Source: Mobula hypostoma (taxonomy: Eukaryota). From it: a stretch of 64,000 nucleotides of DNA. This document shows positions 11,165 through 23,634 of this stretch, one piece after another. Numbering within the stretch: position 1 is the stretch's first letter; each line of letters starts with the position of its first letter. The notes below the pieces were generated by a model. The model made no database searches. It had not been told where the DNA came from and saw nothing but the letters and a program-made list of their open reading frames with translations. Both the position numbers and the translations under genes were made by a program. The stretch spans positions 34,720,001-34,784,000 of the forward strand of contig NC_086102.1 in assembly GCF_963921235.1 (NCBI RefSeq). The letters run 5' to 3'.

Positions 11165-12570
11165 AACAAGAATGTAAGAACCAGGAGTAGACCAGCTGGC
11201 CTTTTGAGTCTTGGCATCTGTCAAGATCATCATTTTTATCTATTCCAGTTCAGTTTTCTTGAATTCTCCCTATATCTTCTCCATTGATTTTCTTAATATC
11301 TAGAACTCCATCAGTCCTCAATGAATTAATTGACAAGAACTATCATAGCTGTCCAAGGTAGAGAATAGCAAAGATCTACTACCTTCTGTGTGAAGAACTC
11401 TCTCTACGTCTTATCCTAAATGGTGTCTCCCCTATTCTGAACCCATGATTCTAGATTTTCAGACAGAAGAAACATCACATAGTCAAGCCTTGTAAGAATT
11501 CTGTATGACTCATTTATCACTCATTCTTCTAAACTCTACAGTGCATAGTCCTGTATTAATCTCTTCTCATAGAGCAAACTCGCCAGTGCACAAACTAGTT
11601 TGTTGAATCTTCATTATCCTCCCTCTCTAGCAATGTATCTCTTTGGGTAAGAAGACCACAACGATGCAGAGCAATGGAAGTGTGATCTCACAAAGACAGT
11701 AAATAATTGCAATGAAACATCTTTACTCCCGTAGTCAAATCCTTTCATAATACAGGCCAAGATGATGTACCATTTGCTTTCTAAACACTTCTTGTACCTA
11801 CAGTTGCTTTCAGACACTACTGGGCCTTTTGAACACCATTATTTCCAAACCTGCTGTCATTTAAAAATACTCCACTATGCTGAAATAAATGACTTCACAT
11901 TTTACCACCTTATATTTCATCTTACATAATCTTATTCACTCACCTAGTTTGTCTATATCCCTGTGAAACTTCTTTACAGCTTCTTCCCTACACAGAATCG
12001 CAACTAGTTTTGGATCAGCAAACATGGAAATATGATATTTGTTCCCTTCATCCATATCTGCTTCATCTACCTTAAGTGCGCAATTACTTATTTTTGAACA
12101 GTGACCCATAGTTCTAGACCAGAGGTCCATGAACCCTCTGTTAATGTTAAGGCTCCATGGCATAAAATAAGGTTGGGAATCCCTGTTCTAAACTATCTTT
12201 ACAAGAGAAGACACCTCCTCCAACTCCACACAGTCTAGACGCCTCAGGATCTGTTAACTAGTTGTCATTCTGTGTCATGCCATCCCAGTTCCACGTTTTC
12301 TAAACTTGTTGACCACTGTTCAGTGTGAGACCATTTCAAAAACCTCCTCAAAATTTAAATACATCGTAAACACTTTCCCCCCATTATCCTTTCAACTAGT
12401 CATATTAATAGATTAGTCCAATACAATTTTCATTCATAAATCCATGCTGTCTCTGTTCAATCCTATTATCCCCTCTTGTTCTCGTCAACATGGGCTCCAG
12501 CATTTCCTCTGCTTCTGATGTTAGGCTAACATGTCAGAATTTCTCCTTCTCTCTTCCACTACTATTTTTA
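11165..12570 (-). mobile_element. Old, heavily degenerate CR1-clade LINE
   Basis: ORF fragments ISMFADPKLV...FHRDIDKLGE and KGFDYGSKDVSLQLFTVFVRSH. CR1-like 3' tail near 11170-11220. Confidence 0.75.
12120..12185. mobile_element. Short hAT-type MITE inserted in the old CR1
   Basis: Starts CAG, ends AGGTTGGGAATCCCTG, flanked by 8-bp TTCTAGAC/TTCTAAAC. A related copy lies at about 60844-60926. Confidence 0.65.
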
Positions 12571-12759
12571 TAGTGAAAGAGAGAAAGGAGTAAGGCAGGT
12601 TAACTGAGATGACCAAAAAACATTGTCAAGGAGCAGTCTTCAAAGACCCTGTTGAGAGCAATAAAAAAGTGAGCAGATTAGAGAGGGAATCCCAGAGGTT
12701 GGTGCTGAGACTGTTGAAGACATTCATGCCAAAATGATTAAAATCAAGAAGGATTGAGT

Positions 12760-14075
12760 CATAGCAAAGTACAGCACAGAAACACGTCTTTTGACCCATT
12801 TAGTCCGTGCCGAACCATTAACCTGCCTAGTGCCGTCGACCTGCACCTGGACCATAGCCTACCATCCACATACCTATTCAAATTTCTCCTAAATGATGGG
12901 ATCAACCCCACATTCTCCACTTGTGCTGGCAGATCATTCCACACTCTCACCAACCTCTGAGTGAAGAAGTTCTCCCGCATATTGTCCTTAAATATTTTAT
13001 TCTTCACTCTTAACCCATACCCTCTAGTTCTTGTCTCACCCAACCTCAGTGGAAAACCTTGCTTGCATTTACTCTATCTATACCCCTCATAATTTTGTAC
13101 ACCTCTATCAAATCTGCCCTCAGTATTCTATGTTATAGAGAATAAAGTCCTAACCTGTTCAATCTTTCCCTATAACTCAGGTCAAATCCCGGCAACATCC
13201 TTGTGAATTTTCTGTGCATATTTTCAATCTTATTTACATTTTTCCTGTAGATAGGCGATCAAAACTGCACACAATACCTGTATTCCAGAAGAGGCCTCAC
13301 CATCAACTTATACAATTTCTTGTACTCAATACATTGATTTATGAAGGCCAATGTGCCAAAAGTTCTTTACGACCGTATCTACCTGTGACGCCACTTTCAA
13401 GGAATTATGAACCTGTATTCCCAGAGCCCTCTGTTCTACTGCACACCTCAGTGCCCTACAGCTCAGCTGGTTGATCCTCCTAAAGTGCACTTGTCTGCAT
13501 TAAGTACCACCTGCCAGTTTTCATTCCATTTTTCCAGCTGGTCCAAATCCCACTGCAAGCTTTGATAGTCTTCCTTGCAGTACACTACACCCCCGATCTA
13601 GGTGTCATTTGCAAAGTTGCTGATCCAGTTGACTAGAATCAGAATCAAGTTTAATATCACTGGCATATGTCGTGAAATTTGTAAACTTTGCGGCTGCAGT
13701 TCAATGTCATGAATTACATTTATATATAAAGTACTTAAGTTAAAATAAGTAGTGCAAAAAAACCAAATAATTTTTTTAAAAAATCATCCAGATGGTTGAT
13801 AGAGACGACAGATAACAATAGACCCAGCACCAATCTCTGCAGCACTCCACTAGTCTCAGTTCTCCAGTCAGAGAGACAACCATCTACAACCAGTGTTTGA
13901 CTTCTTCTGCTAAGCCAATTTACTACCTCATCTTGAATGCCAAGTGACTGAACCTTCTTGACCAACCTCCCATGTCAAATCAGTGGAAACATCGACTGCC
14001 TTGCTTTCATCGATTTTCCTAGTAACTGCCTTGAGATTGGTTAGACACGATTTACCATGCACAAAGCCATGTTTA
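12760..14075 (-). mobile_element. CR1-clade LINE, 5'-truncated and degenerate
   Basis: ORFs 12759-13043 (TRGYGLRVK...FFTQRLVRVWNDLP) and 13735-13965. Similar to the element at 37669-39796. Confidence 0.88.
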
Positions 14076-14510
14076 ATGAACATGAACAGGATTGGTTAAG
14101 TACGAGGATACAGGATGGGTGGCCACAAAGGAGTCCGAAAACAACGATTATAATTTTAAAACTTGGATGTTGGCATTTCCAGGTAGACAGATAACTGGCC
14201 TACCTGACTGAGAGTTGGACATCAGATGAATGTGCTTTATTATTGCCAATAATCCTCAAATCTCGCACATAATAAATCACTTCTGAAATATAATGGCCAT
14301 TACAAGAAGTATCTCTACACAGCAACGCGGCACAAAAAGCAGATTACTTATTTTTCAGTGATTCTGGTATTTTGAGTAATTGCACCCATTTTCCACAAAA
14401 GTAAACAAATGGTCTTGTTTGATAGACCGCATATTCAATATTCCCACACTACTGCATTGACGTGACAACAGAGATTATACAAGAGAAATGGCTTTGTTTA
14501 ATTTACTGAC

Positions 14511-14642
14511 AATTTCATCGAGATGCAGACAGACCGGGTCCTGATCGCGGCCAAATCGCAGAACCAGCACCCTCTCCGCCACAGTCTTTATAATATGATC
14601 AACATCTTTCTTAGTTTGTAACTTTGGCAGGAAGAAGCTCAT
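14511..14642 (-). CDS. TXNL4B: TXNL4B (Dim2) coding exon 1
   Basis: ATG at 14642. Encodes MSFFLPKLQTKKDVDHIIKTVAERVLVLRFGRDQDPVCLHLDEI, then donor gtcagt. The three exons total 132+152+166 = 450 nt = 149 aa plus stop. An acceptor (tttctttgtcttag|) 10 nt upstream of the ATG implies a non-coding first exon. Confidence 0.95.
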
Positions 14643-14689
14643 AGTCTCAGTACTAAGACAAAGAAAAATCTAATTGAAATGAAGAGTTA

Positions 14690-15260
14690 CTACAGAGTTC
14701 TCTCAGTAAACTGGGCGGGGAGACTAATCGAACCGGATGCTGATCTTCCCCTCCTGTGGCAGCCTCAAAATCATTCCCCGGGAACACGTTTCAAGGGAAT
14801 TTGATCAAAGTAAATTTTACGCGATCAGGAATGGCCTAACCCACGAGTACATTAATATAAAATTTCTGAAGAATGCTTGCGCCCATATAAACACTATCAC
14901 ATTTTTGCGGTCAAATAATAACTACTGATGAGGGCCTGCTGAGTTCCTCCAGCATTTTGTGTGTGTTGCTTATTAGGGTTCCTAGTTAAACGAATCTCTC
15001 ACATGTAGCGCAAGGTTACTAGAGCAATTCCATAGTTAACATGACACACTGATTTTGTTTTTCAAAAGAAACTGCAAGATTTCATGTGAAATGTGCTGAT
15101 TTTGACCGTGAAGAGAGTTTGCGGAAAGAAGGGGAGCTGAACGGGACGGACAGACACCACGTGAAGTGGAGGGAGTTTCATGGGTTGAGATCCGGCTAGG
15201 TTTTGGACTCTAATTTCATTTCGGAATCTCAGCCTGAACTTCATTCGTCTTTCTAACAGG
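14690..15260. promoter_or_regulatory. Putative bidirectional promoter region for TXNL4B (-) and TRMT10C (+)
   Basis: Divergent gene pair, locally more CpG, GC box GGGCGGGG at 14713-14720 and E-box CACGTG at 15158-15163. Transcription starts cannot be located from sequence. Confidence 0.5.
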
Positions 15261-15905
15261 TTCGGAATGATTTTTCTTTATGCAAATACAGTCTCCATTT
15301 CTGAGCAAGGCGCCTAATACTTCTTTAATTATAATGTGAATGATAACGTTGTAAACAAATGCCGGATAATTTACAGAAACATTCATTGAGTCTGTAAGAT
15401 GTTTTCTGTGCTTTTCATGTCACCACCTTCTGAATGCAATTTGTCGTCAGTCTTTGCTGAGCCCATTACAATCGTGGTGTTGTTGCATTCAGTATTTTAA
15501 ATTAATCAGGTTTCCATAAGCAAATGCAATACAGTAAGTTCCGGTATTGTGCTTGTACAATCATTGAGTCCATTCTGAATTGAGCGATACATTTTTAGAA
15601 TGCAACATAGCGTATACAGGCCCTTCGTCCCATATTTCGCTAACCTTTTAACCTAACCCCTCCCTCCCTCAAGCCTCCATTTTTCTTTCATCGATGTGCT
15701 TATCTAATGCATCTGCTTCTACCGCGACCCCGGCAGTATGCTTCATGCACCGACCTATTTCTGTGTATAAAAAAACAACCTCTCATATTCCTCCCCCATA
15801 CTTTCCTCCTTCGCCTTTAAAGTATGATCTCTCGTGTTAGTCATTGCCGTCGTGGGCAAAAGGCGGTGGCTGTGCACACCATCTATGCCTCCTATTATTT
15901 AATTA

Positions 15906-16112
15906 GAGATACAGCACAATAACAGGCCCTCCCAGCCCACACCGCCCAATTACACCCCTGTGACCAATTAAGCTACTACCCATCTGCCTTTGGGATGCGG
16001 GAAGAGACCCACTCAGTGATGAGGAGAATGTACAAGCACCTTACAGACAGTGGCAGAACTGAACCCAGATTGCTGGTGCAGTAATATTGTTATGCTAGCC
16101 ACTACACCGCAG
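15906..16112 (-). mobile_element. tRNA-derived SINE (same family as 5415-5625)
   Basis: Shares GAGATACAGCAC...CAATTACACCC...ACCAATT and CCTTACAG...GAACCC segments with the first copy. Confidence 0.72.
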
Positions 16113-17039
16113 TCAAATTTCTTCTCATCCTCCTTTGTTCCAAAGAGAAAAGCCCTTGCGCGCTCAGCCTTTCCTCAAGAGACGTGTTCTGTAATCCAGA
16201 CAGCATCCTGGTAAATCTCCTCTGCACCTTCTCTAAAGCTTCCACTTCCACATGCAGGCAAAGCATGTCATCGCCAGTGCTGAAAAATGGAGCAGGTGTG
16301 AGGGATACTGTGGCCAACTTCTCATATTGGAACATCCAGTATGTGATATTGGTGGAGACGAAATCAGAGTCAATAACATATTTGTAGAGATACAACACTG
16401 CTCATGATTTTGTGAAGGACATGCATGAGGACGACTTCCCATGCAGTAACCTAAAATTTAAAAAAAACTTAATTCAAGCTCCCTGGAGAGGCTTCAGGGA
16501 GAGTGTAAGAAGTGTAGGTCGTAGAAAACATTCTTATACCCAGATTGATTATAACTTGTAACAATTTAGTTATACTTAGTTCCCAGTCAGATCCCAATGG
16601 ATGTGTTGTTAATAATGAATATGGTAGATTTGTGTAATTCCATTCCTTCCACATACAAAACTTTAAAATTCCTTTGGTTCAATCAATTTAGGCTGAGTTC
16701 TGGGACCTATAGATTACAAAAAAATCTGTGTTATCCCTAGATAAGAAAAAGAAAGAAAATAAGCAACATTTAATACTTTTGATCATTACTGATTTCTGTA
16801 TATGACTGGATAGTTGAAACCCAGCAATTTTCAGTTTTTAATACTCATGTCGTGGCCCACATGTAAATACCAAAGATCAGCCATTATTTATAAAACCATG
16901 CTTCAGTAACAAATTAACAGTTTCAGAGAAGAGATGATAAGTTGGCCTGGAAAAAATCCTAGCCGGTTGAAATTTTGATAACTTTATTGTTTTTGTTTCA
17001 AGTTATGAAAAAAATCACTTGGAAACATGGTATAAAGCA

Positions 17040-17690
17040 AAAGTATGGATGCCAGAATGATAATACTCAACAGTGGATGTTGAAAATCTGCAATAATACG
17101 GTAATTGGGGGAATAATTCCACAGAAGCTTGGGGAGAGAGAAAAAGGGTTAACATTTCAGGTACCTTTCACCGGGAATAATTAGAAACAAGCTGGTTTTA
17201 AGATTCTGTAGACATGAGGAGAAAAGAACTAAGTGGGAGGGGAGGTCTCTTATAAAGTGGAAGGCAGGAAATGTTATATGTTAGAAAGAAAACATTTTAA
17301 TGCAAAGTGATAAAAGTCCACACAAAATGTAAATACAGAATAATTATTTGAATTTTACCAAAAAAAATTGAGGGGAAATTTCTGGAAATATGAAATGAAA
17401 GTGCTAAATATCTGAAATTGTTGAACTCATTCTTGAGTTCAGAGACCATAATGTGCTGAGTCAGAAAACAAGGTGTTGTTTCCTGGCAGTGCTCTGCTGG
17501 AACACAGTAAGAGGTGAGGATGGATGAGTCTATGTAGGAGTGAGATGGCAGGAAACTTGGGCTCCCATTTGAAGAATGAACTAAAGTGTTTCACAAAATT
17601 GTGATCCAATTGGGGTTTGGCCTTTTGAGAGTAGTGAAATAAGTTGCATGAAACCAGCAAAGTAAACTTGGATATTACTTCCTCCTAGAA
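17040..17690 (-). mobile_element. Highly degenerate Penelope-like remnant
   Basis: CTGAAATTGTTGAACTCA...AAGGTGTTGTTTCC is the reverse of the (E)QHL.F...EFNNFR tail, next to a purine-rich tract. Confidence 0.5.
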
Positions 17691-18372
17691 AAATAGGCAG
17701 CTCACTTTTACTTTGTATAGATTATTTCAGTAGTTCCACATAATATGAGAAAAATTATGCAACATACATCCTGACATTCTTGTTCTTCGCAGACATCCAC
17801 AAAAACAGAAAAGTGCCTCAAGGAATGAGTGACAGTAAAAATGTTAGAACCCCAAAGCCCCCTACTCCCCCTCCCCACGCACAAGCAGCAGCAAAGCAAT
17901 GACTGTCCGCACCCCCCCGCCTACTTCTGCAAAAAAAAAGCATCAGCACCCTCCACCCACCAAGCATGCCCCAAGGAATCTCCCAAGGAAAGGTTTGTCT
18001 TAATTTTTCAGAACAAGCATATTGGCTGTAAACATAAAGGTAGCTGTCATGAGGCTCTGCTATCTTTTAAACAAAGATGTCCTGCCATGTCACAATTCAA
18101 AAACAGCACCATTTGTAAGGGAGATCGTATTTAATAGAATTTAATGTAACAAACTCCATACTTCTAGAAATGTATGATTTTAAAGAAGTGGAGAGCACTG
18201 TATTTCAGACAAAAGATGTAGCAAGAATTTGGTGTGACTTAATTTGGAAATATCTTTTGTAATTCTCTTAATTCTTTTGTCTTAATTACAGGATTAAATA
18301 TTGTGCTTGGATTTCTTCGAACATTATTGATTATTTGGATTATAGGAATTTGTTCTTTCAGTATACCGTACT

Positions 18373-19665
18373 ATGTGGCTGCAGGTTACCCATCTCTTCC
18401 AAAACCTTGGTAGACATTGCAATGTACAAGTAAATACATGGGTAAAAACTAAAGCAGGTTTGGCCAGGCAACAATTTATGCTCCACACCAGGAGCCTGAT
18501 TCTTTCGCCATGTCCAAGGACTGAAGAAAATAATGTCAGGCCTGACAAAATAGATTTAGATTTTTGGAAGACTGTCCTGAGAGAAACTACAACTGAAGCT
18601 TCCAAACAATTACCCTCTGAAGGCCTTGGGGACTCGTCCCTTGCTGCCACAAGAGAACTAATTCAAATGTGGCAATTAGCTGGGAAGGTTGTTCCAGAAA
18701 ACATAACAGATGAACAGTTAAAAACCTTTCAAGAACTGTCTACTAAATCTGCAAAGAAAAAGTACCTGAAGCATTTAGCAATCAAGGAAGGGAAAAAGAA
18801 AGCTACAAAAGAGAAACAAAAATTAAAGCAAGAAGCAAAGCTGTTACATAAAGAAGTCAAATGTGAGGAAGGAGTTGCATTAAAGAATACTTTTCTTTTA
18901 CAACTATGGCAACGGTCTTTTGATCTAATGTACAATTGGAGGGCAGCCCAATCTATGGTATTTGGACAGCCACTGGTGTTTGATATGAGTTATGAACACT
19001 ATATGAACCGTAGAGAAATGGAGAATACTGTCTCTCAGCTGATGGAGGGTGAAGGATGCAACAGGAGATCCTTGGACCCATTTCACTTGCATTTCTGTAA
19101 TCTTGGCTCAGATGGAGGCTATCATAGAGAGCTTTTGAAACGCTATGGAGATGCTTGGCATAATCTCTTAATTACGGCAACACATGAGTCGTATGTTGAC
19201 ATTTTTCCCAAAGACAAGCTTGTGTATTTAACTGCAGATTCTCCTTTTGTACTGAACACATTTCAGCATGATAAAGTCTACATCATTGGATCCATTGTTG
19301 ATAAATCAATCCAAACAGGATTATCTCTTGCAAATGCAAAACGTTTGAAGTTGGCAACTGCACGTCTTCCTTTGGACGAGTATTTGAACTGGAACAGCGG
19401 TGCAAAAAATCTTACGTTGAACCAAATGATCAACATTTTATTGACTGTGAAAGAAACTGGCAACTGGCACAAGGCCCTCAAATTTGTTCCACAAAGGAAA
19501 CATGAAGGATTTTTATCAGTCCCATTACAACAAAGATACAGTAGTAGAATCAGAAAACAACATACGTTAAATAACAATGAACCAGAAAAGAAAGCTAAAT
19601 GGCAAAAGTCAACTTCAGATGCAAATCTTCATAAAAGAAAACAATGGTGGATGGATGTAGATTAA
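18373..19665 (+). CDS. TRMT10C: tRNA methyltransferase 10 homolog C (mitochondrial RNase P protein 1, MRPP1), 430 aa, single coding exon
   Basis: Motifs ATRELIQMWQLAGKVVPENIT, KKKYLKHL, WRAAQSMVFGQPLVFDM, DPFHLHFCNL, YLTADSP, YIIGSIVDK, ATARLPLDEYL.W, KNLTLNQMI.IL and ALKFVPQRK (SPOUT TRM10 domain). Acceptor cttaattacag| ends at 18291. AATAAA at 19882-19887. Confidence 0.97.
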   Translation: MWLQVTHLFQNLGRHCNVQVNTWVKTKAGLARQQFMLHTRSLILSPCPRTEENNVRPDKIDLDFWKTVLRETTTEASKQLPSEGLGDSSLAATRELIQMWQLAGKVVPENITDEQLKTFQELSTKSAKKKYLKHLAIKEGKKKATKEKQKLKQEAKLLHKEVKCEEGVALKNTFLLQLWQRSFDLMYNWRAAQSMVFGQPLVFDMSYEHYMNRREMENTVSQLMEGEGCNRRSLDPFHLHFCNLGSDGGYHRELLKRYGDAWHNLLITATHESYVDIFPKDKLVYLTADSPFVLNTFQHDKVYIIGSIVDKSIQTGLSLANAKRLKLATARLPLDEYLNWNSGAKNLTLNQMINILLTVKETGNWHKALKFVPQRKHEGFLSVPLQQRYSSRIRKQHTLNNNEPEKKAKWQKSTSDANLHKRKQWWMDVD

Positions 19666-20691
19666 AGATCCCAAAAATATTTTAAATACTGATTCTACTA
19701 CAAAAATTACCTTTATTGATTCTCTTCAATCTTCATGATGGATTGCTGTCAAATAATGTAAATTTTGAAAATGATAAAAATATAATTTTAAAGCACACCT
19801 TCCCCTGTTCGGTGCACTGATTATAAACAACAATTGTCAGGTAAACTATAACAATAACAATTTCTGCCTATCTCCTTGATTAATAAATAACTGGAAAATT
19901 CCAGTTTTGTATTTGAGTTAGCTGATTGATTTCAGGATTTTTGCAGGACATACTGCCTTGCCGTTCTTACTGTTAATAAGGATAGGATTGAGCTGGTTCC
20001 GATGCCCCACTAGTCCATCTGGCACCCCAGTAATAGTTGTTACCTGAAGACCTGCTTGGTCAAGGAACAATCAGAAAAATGCCAAATGTTTCAGAGGAGG
20101 GAAGAAGTTTTGCATAAAATTTACTGGTGATAAAAGAACACATTAAAAATGTTATCCCCAGAGCATAATTGTTCTGTATTCTCCAAATAGTTGATTTGGT
20201 TAAGGAAGGAGCAAGGGGTATAATATTTGTCCTTAATTCCTTTCTAATTGACGACACCAAAATAAGGGTTCTTGCCTTTGATTGTTGCTCAGTGTTAATC
20301 ATTTTGCAAATGATTAGCATCTGGAAGCACAAATAAAATGCACAACATATGCTCAGCCATACAAAAAAAAAGAATATTCAATTTTTGCAATTTATATATA
20401 TGATTTTTAAATTTGTGAAACATAGGTGTACAGACAAGCTTGCACAGGAAATCTAAAACTTATTTCTTGTAGACATTCTTGTATTAGGTATTAAAAATGT
20501 AATTGGTGGAGGATGTTATCCAAGAGAAGATGGTGCGTCATTATGGAGACCACATTGTGATCACTTCTACCAGTGTTTTTGTGAATGGAAGTATGTGTAA
20601 TTAGTAAACATGCAATTAGATTAAAATGTATATCACTTAAGACTGGCCTAGCTCAATATCAAAAAGAAAAGCTGTCAGATTTTAAATTAAA

Positions 20692-21132
20692 ATGCCACCC
20701 ATTTTAATTCCACTTCCCATTCCTATTCTGATATGTCCGTCCAACTCCTCCTGTACTGTCGCGATGTGGCCATACTCAGGTTGGAGGAGCAACACTGTAT
20801 ATTCTGTCTGGGTAGCCTCCAACCTGATGGCACGAACTCCCTCTGCTGCTCCTCCCCCTTTTTTTTTCTTTCATATGCCTTCTGTCCTCTCCTGTCAGAC
20901 TCCCCCTTCTCCAGCCCTGTATCTCTTTCATCAATCTACTTCCCAACTCTTTACTTCACTCCCCCCCCACCCAGTTTAACCTATCACTTTGTGTTTCTTC
21001 CTCCTCTTCCCCCAATCCCATCATTTTTTTCTCCAGTCTTGATGAAGGGTCTCAGCCCAAAACGTTGACTGTACTCTTTACCATAGATGCTACTTGGCCT
21101 ACTGAGTTCCTCCAGCATTTTGTGTGTTGCTC
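20692..21132 (+). mobile_element. Penelope-like element 3' remnant with degenerate hammerhead
   Basis: THFNSTSHSYSDMSV...LRLEEQH.IFCLGSLQPDG, a pyrimidine tract, then AGTCTTGATGAAGGGTCTCAGCCCAAAACGTTGACT. Confidence 0.85.
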
Positions 21133-22224
21133 AGGTGGGATACCTGCCAGGTACTGAGTGATCCAGTACAAGGGATGACCCTGTCCTCACCGATCTATCT
21201 GTTGCAGGCACATCTGTCAATGACAGAATTGGAAGGAGTGACAACCACACAACCCCTTCTTCATGTGAAAGTGCTTTCTAATATATTAAAAAAATACAAA
21301 TTGCTGCAAGAGCTCAACCGGTACAGAAAAATGGGCTGTCAACCTCTATAGAGTTCCTTCAACAGCTTATATTATTTTCTCTCTTCAGATTCCAGCATCT
21401 GCAGCCTTGTGCAGCTCGATGCCTCATAATGTTCCGCACCACCATCGCGCCAAATGTGATAGGGAGACAATTTGGATCTGAAAATTGGGCATCTAAAGGC
21501 ACTGAGGACCATCAACAGCTGAAGAAATGTACACTTCTACTAGCTGTGTCCTCGTGGCCTGACATATCCCTCACTCCACATTACAATCAGACCTGCCATC
21601 ACTGAAGGTGGAAATGTTGATGAACCTGCCCTCTGTTAGCCCTTTATTCTCTATAATCATTCACAGCTGGCAGTACTGCTGCACTTGATATGATCTATTA
21701 GTTGCAGACTGCTTGGTTCTGTCCGTTGCATGTGCTCTTCTGCACGGTAAGCATGTGATCCTATTTTACAGTTCTGATGGTTGATGCGTTTTTAGAAATG
21801 CCTGGTACTGTCTCAACATGTCTCATTCTGTTGCTTACGGAGGCAGGGTCATATTAAAAAAGGCTGTGCGGCAACACCCAGAGCTAAGAATTCTCATTTG
21901 AACTGTCCAGTTTAGCACAACATTAACAAACAATAAAAATGACTCACATCCTTGTTCACATTGATCAACAAGCAACTGTAGATAAAGAATAATGGAGAGC
22001 ATTGTAGATGTCTGGATCACAAATGTGAGAATACACAACTTCACCGCTTGGTGACTGAATGACATTAGGCGCAGGGCTGTCCCATAGTTGGCCAGCTACA
22101 TTGCACAAGCGTCTGTGGACAGGAAGACGGCGATCATGTTCAAGCTAGTGATGGGGCTAGAATCACAGATAAAATCACAGGTACTACTAATACTGTGGTT
22201 TGTAACCTACATTCATAATTGAAG

Positions 22225-22335
22225 GAAATGCTAAGTTTCAGTTAGAGGTTAGTGAAAATAAAAGATGTAATTTTTTCCCATCCACTTTCACGGATCTCCA
22301 AGGGGACTGTGGACTCCAGGTTTAAAAACCCCTGC
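22225..22335. mobile_element. hAT/Charlie-like DNA transposon end
   Basis: Ends GTGGACTCCAGGTTTAAAAACCCCTG followed by CTCTAG, resembling the hAT MITE ends elsewhere in the window. Confidence 0.5.
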
Positions 22336-22499
22336 TCTAGTGGATTCACCTGTAGCAATAATTGGAAATAGTCTTGCTCCTTGATGACTGGTTACAGTCG
22401 AGAAGCAGGGCTGTGTATAAATGACAACATGGTGCAGCAGAATAAACCAAACCCACTGAACAGCTGAGTTCAAACTTTGTCAACTGGCTGGACTATACC

Positions 22500-22860
22500 C
22501 TTTGCAGAAACATTCAAACTTGCACTCTGTGGCCTCTATCCCTACCACCGATCCCACAATGTCTTTGACCCACTACCATCAGGAGGGAGGGACAGAAGCT
22601 TTAGGACTAAGACTACCAGACTGGGTAACAGCTTCTCCCCTCAGGCTGAGAGACTAATGAATACTCTGGCATCACTAAGGCAGTGGGCTGTTTACTGTTC
22701 ACTGTGCTGCGCACTACATTTTGAATTGTATATTATTAACTTATGGTAATATTTTGTTTTATGTGGTGTGTGTAATATACGTTTTGTGGGTGCACCATAG
22801 TCTGGAGGAACTTTGTTTCATTTGATTGTATACATGTACAGTCAGATGATAACTTAAACA
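22500..22860 (+). mobile_element. Rex1/Babar-like LINE 3' end
   Basis: HNVFDPLPSGGRDRSFRTKTTRLGNSFSPQAERLMN. A related inverted copy lies at about 24535-25560. Confidence 0.75.
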
Positions 22861-22867
22861 TGAACTG

Positions 22868-23238
22868 TCAGCTTGAACCAGTCTGGCCATTCTCTTCTGA
22901 CCTCTCATTAAGAAGGCTTTTTCGCCCATTGAACCACTGCTCGTTGGATTTGTTTTTTTTTTTTTTTTTTTGGTTTTTCATACCATTCTCTGTAAACTCA
23001 AGACTTGTGCATGAAAATACCAGGAGATCAGAAGTTTCTCAAATACTCAAAGCACCCCATCTGGCACCAACAATTCCACGGTCAACGTCACTTAGATCGC
23101 ATTTCTTCCCCATTGTGATGTTTGGTCTAAACAACACCAGAATCTGGACTACATCTGCATGCTTTTATGTATTCATTGTGTGGTTATATATTTGTATTAA
23201 TGAACAGGTGTACCTAATAAAATGGCCACTAAGTGTAC
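22868..23238. mobile_element. Tc1/mariner-type element end fragment
   Basis: Terminates CAGGTGTACCTAATAAAATGGCCACTAAGTG-TA, resembling a Tc1-type inverted-repeat end with a TA target. Confidence 0.6.
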
Positions 23239-23634
23239 CTGCCATTTATACATTTTAACGTTAAAAATAACTAAGCAATTAACTTAAAATGCATTTTATT
23301 TCAACCCCTTGTGGCTCTTAATTTCATTGTTTGATTGCAAATTGTTGCCTTTCTGTACTCTGTTGTATGCCTCCATGAGGACCACAGTTTAGAAAAAGGC
23401 AAAAAAAAAAGAGAAATTTGTGCTGTTTGTCCATACATGGAAATTGCAAAACTTGCTGGCATTTCTAAGCCAAGTGCTCCAAGTCAATGAGTCCAGGTGA
23501 AATTTGGTTTCCTGTACTAACAAACTGCTGCACATAAATAGCTGACTCCCTCTCCCTGCATATATGGGACAGCACATTTCAAAGAGATGGCGGCAATGGC
23601 TGGTTGACAGGTGTACTCACAAGTGGGAAAAATT

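Noticed and set aside
18324-19577. Antisense ORFs over TRMT10C (and similar ones over the FAM172B-like gene and LINEs)
   Set aside because: Shadow ORFs opposite real coding frames, with no independent support.
7540-21070. Hammerhead-like motifs at about 7540 and 21035 (also about 5643, 46505, 57066, 62962) as active ribozymes
   Set aside because: Each has substitutions in the CUGANGA or GAAA core (for example GAGC, UUGAUGA, CUGAUAA, CUGCUGA, or loss of G12), so they are treated as decayed copies.
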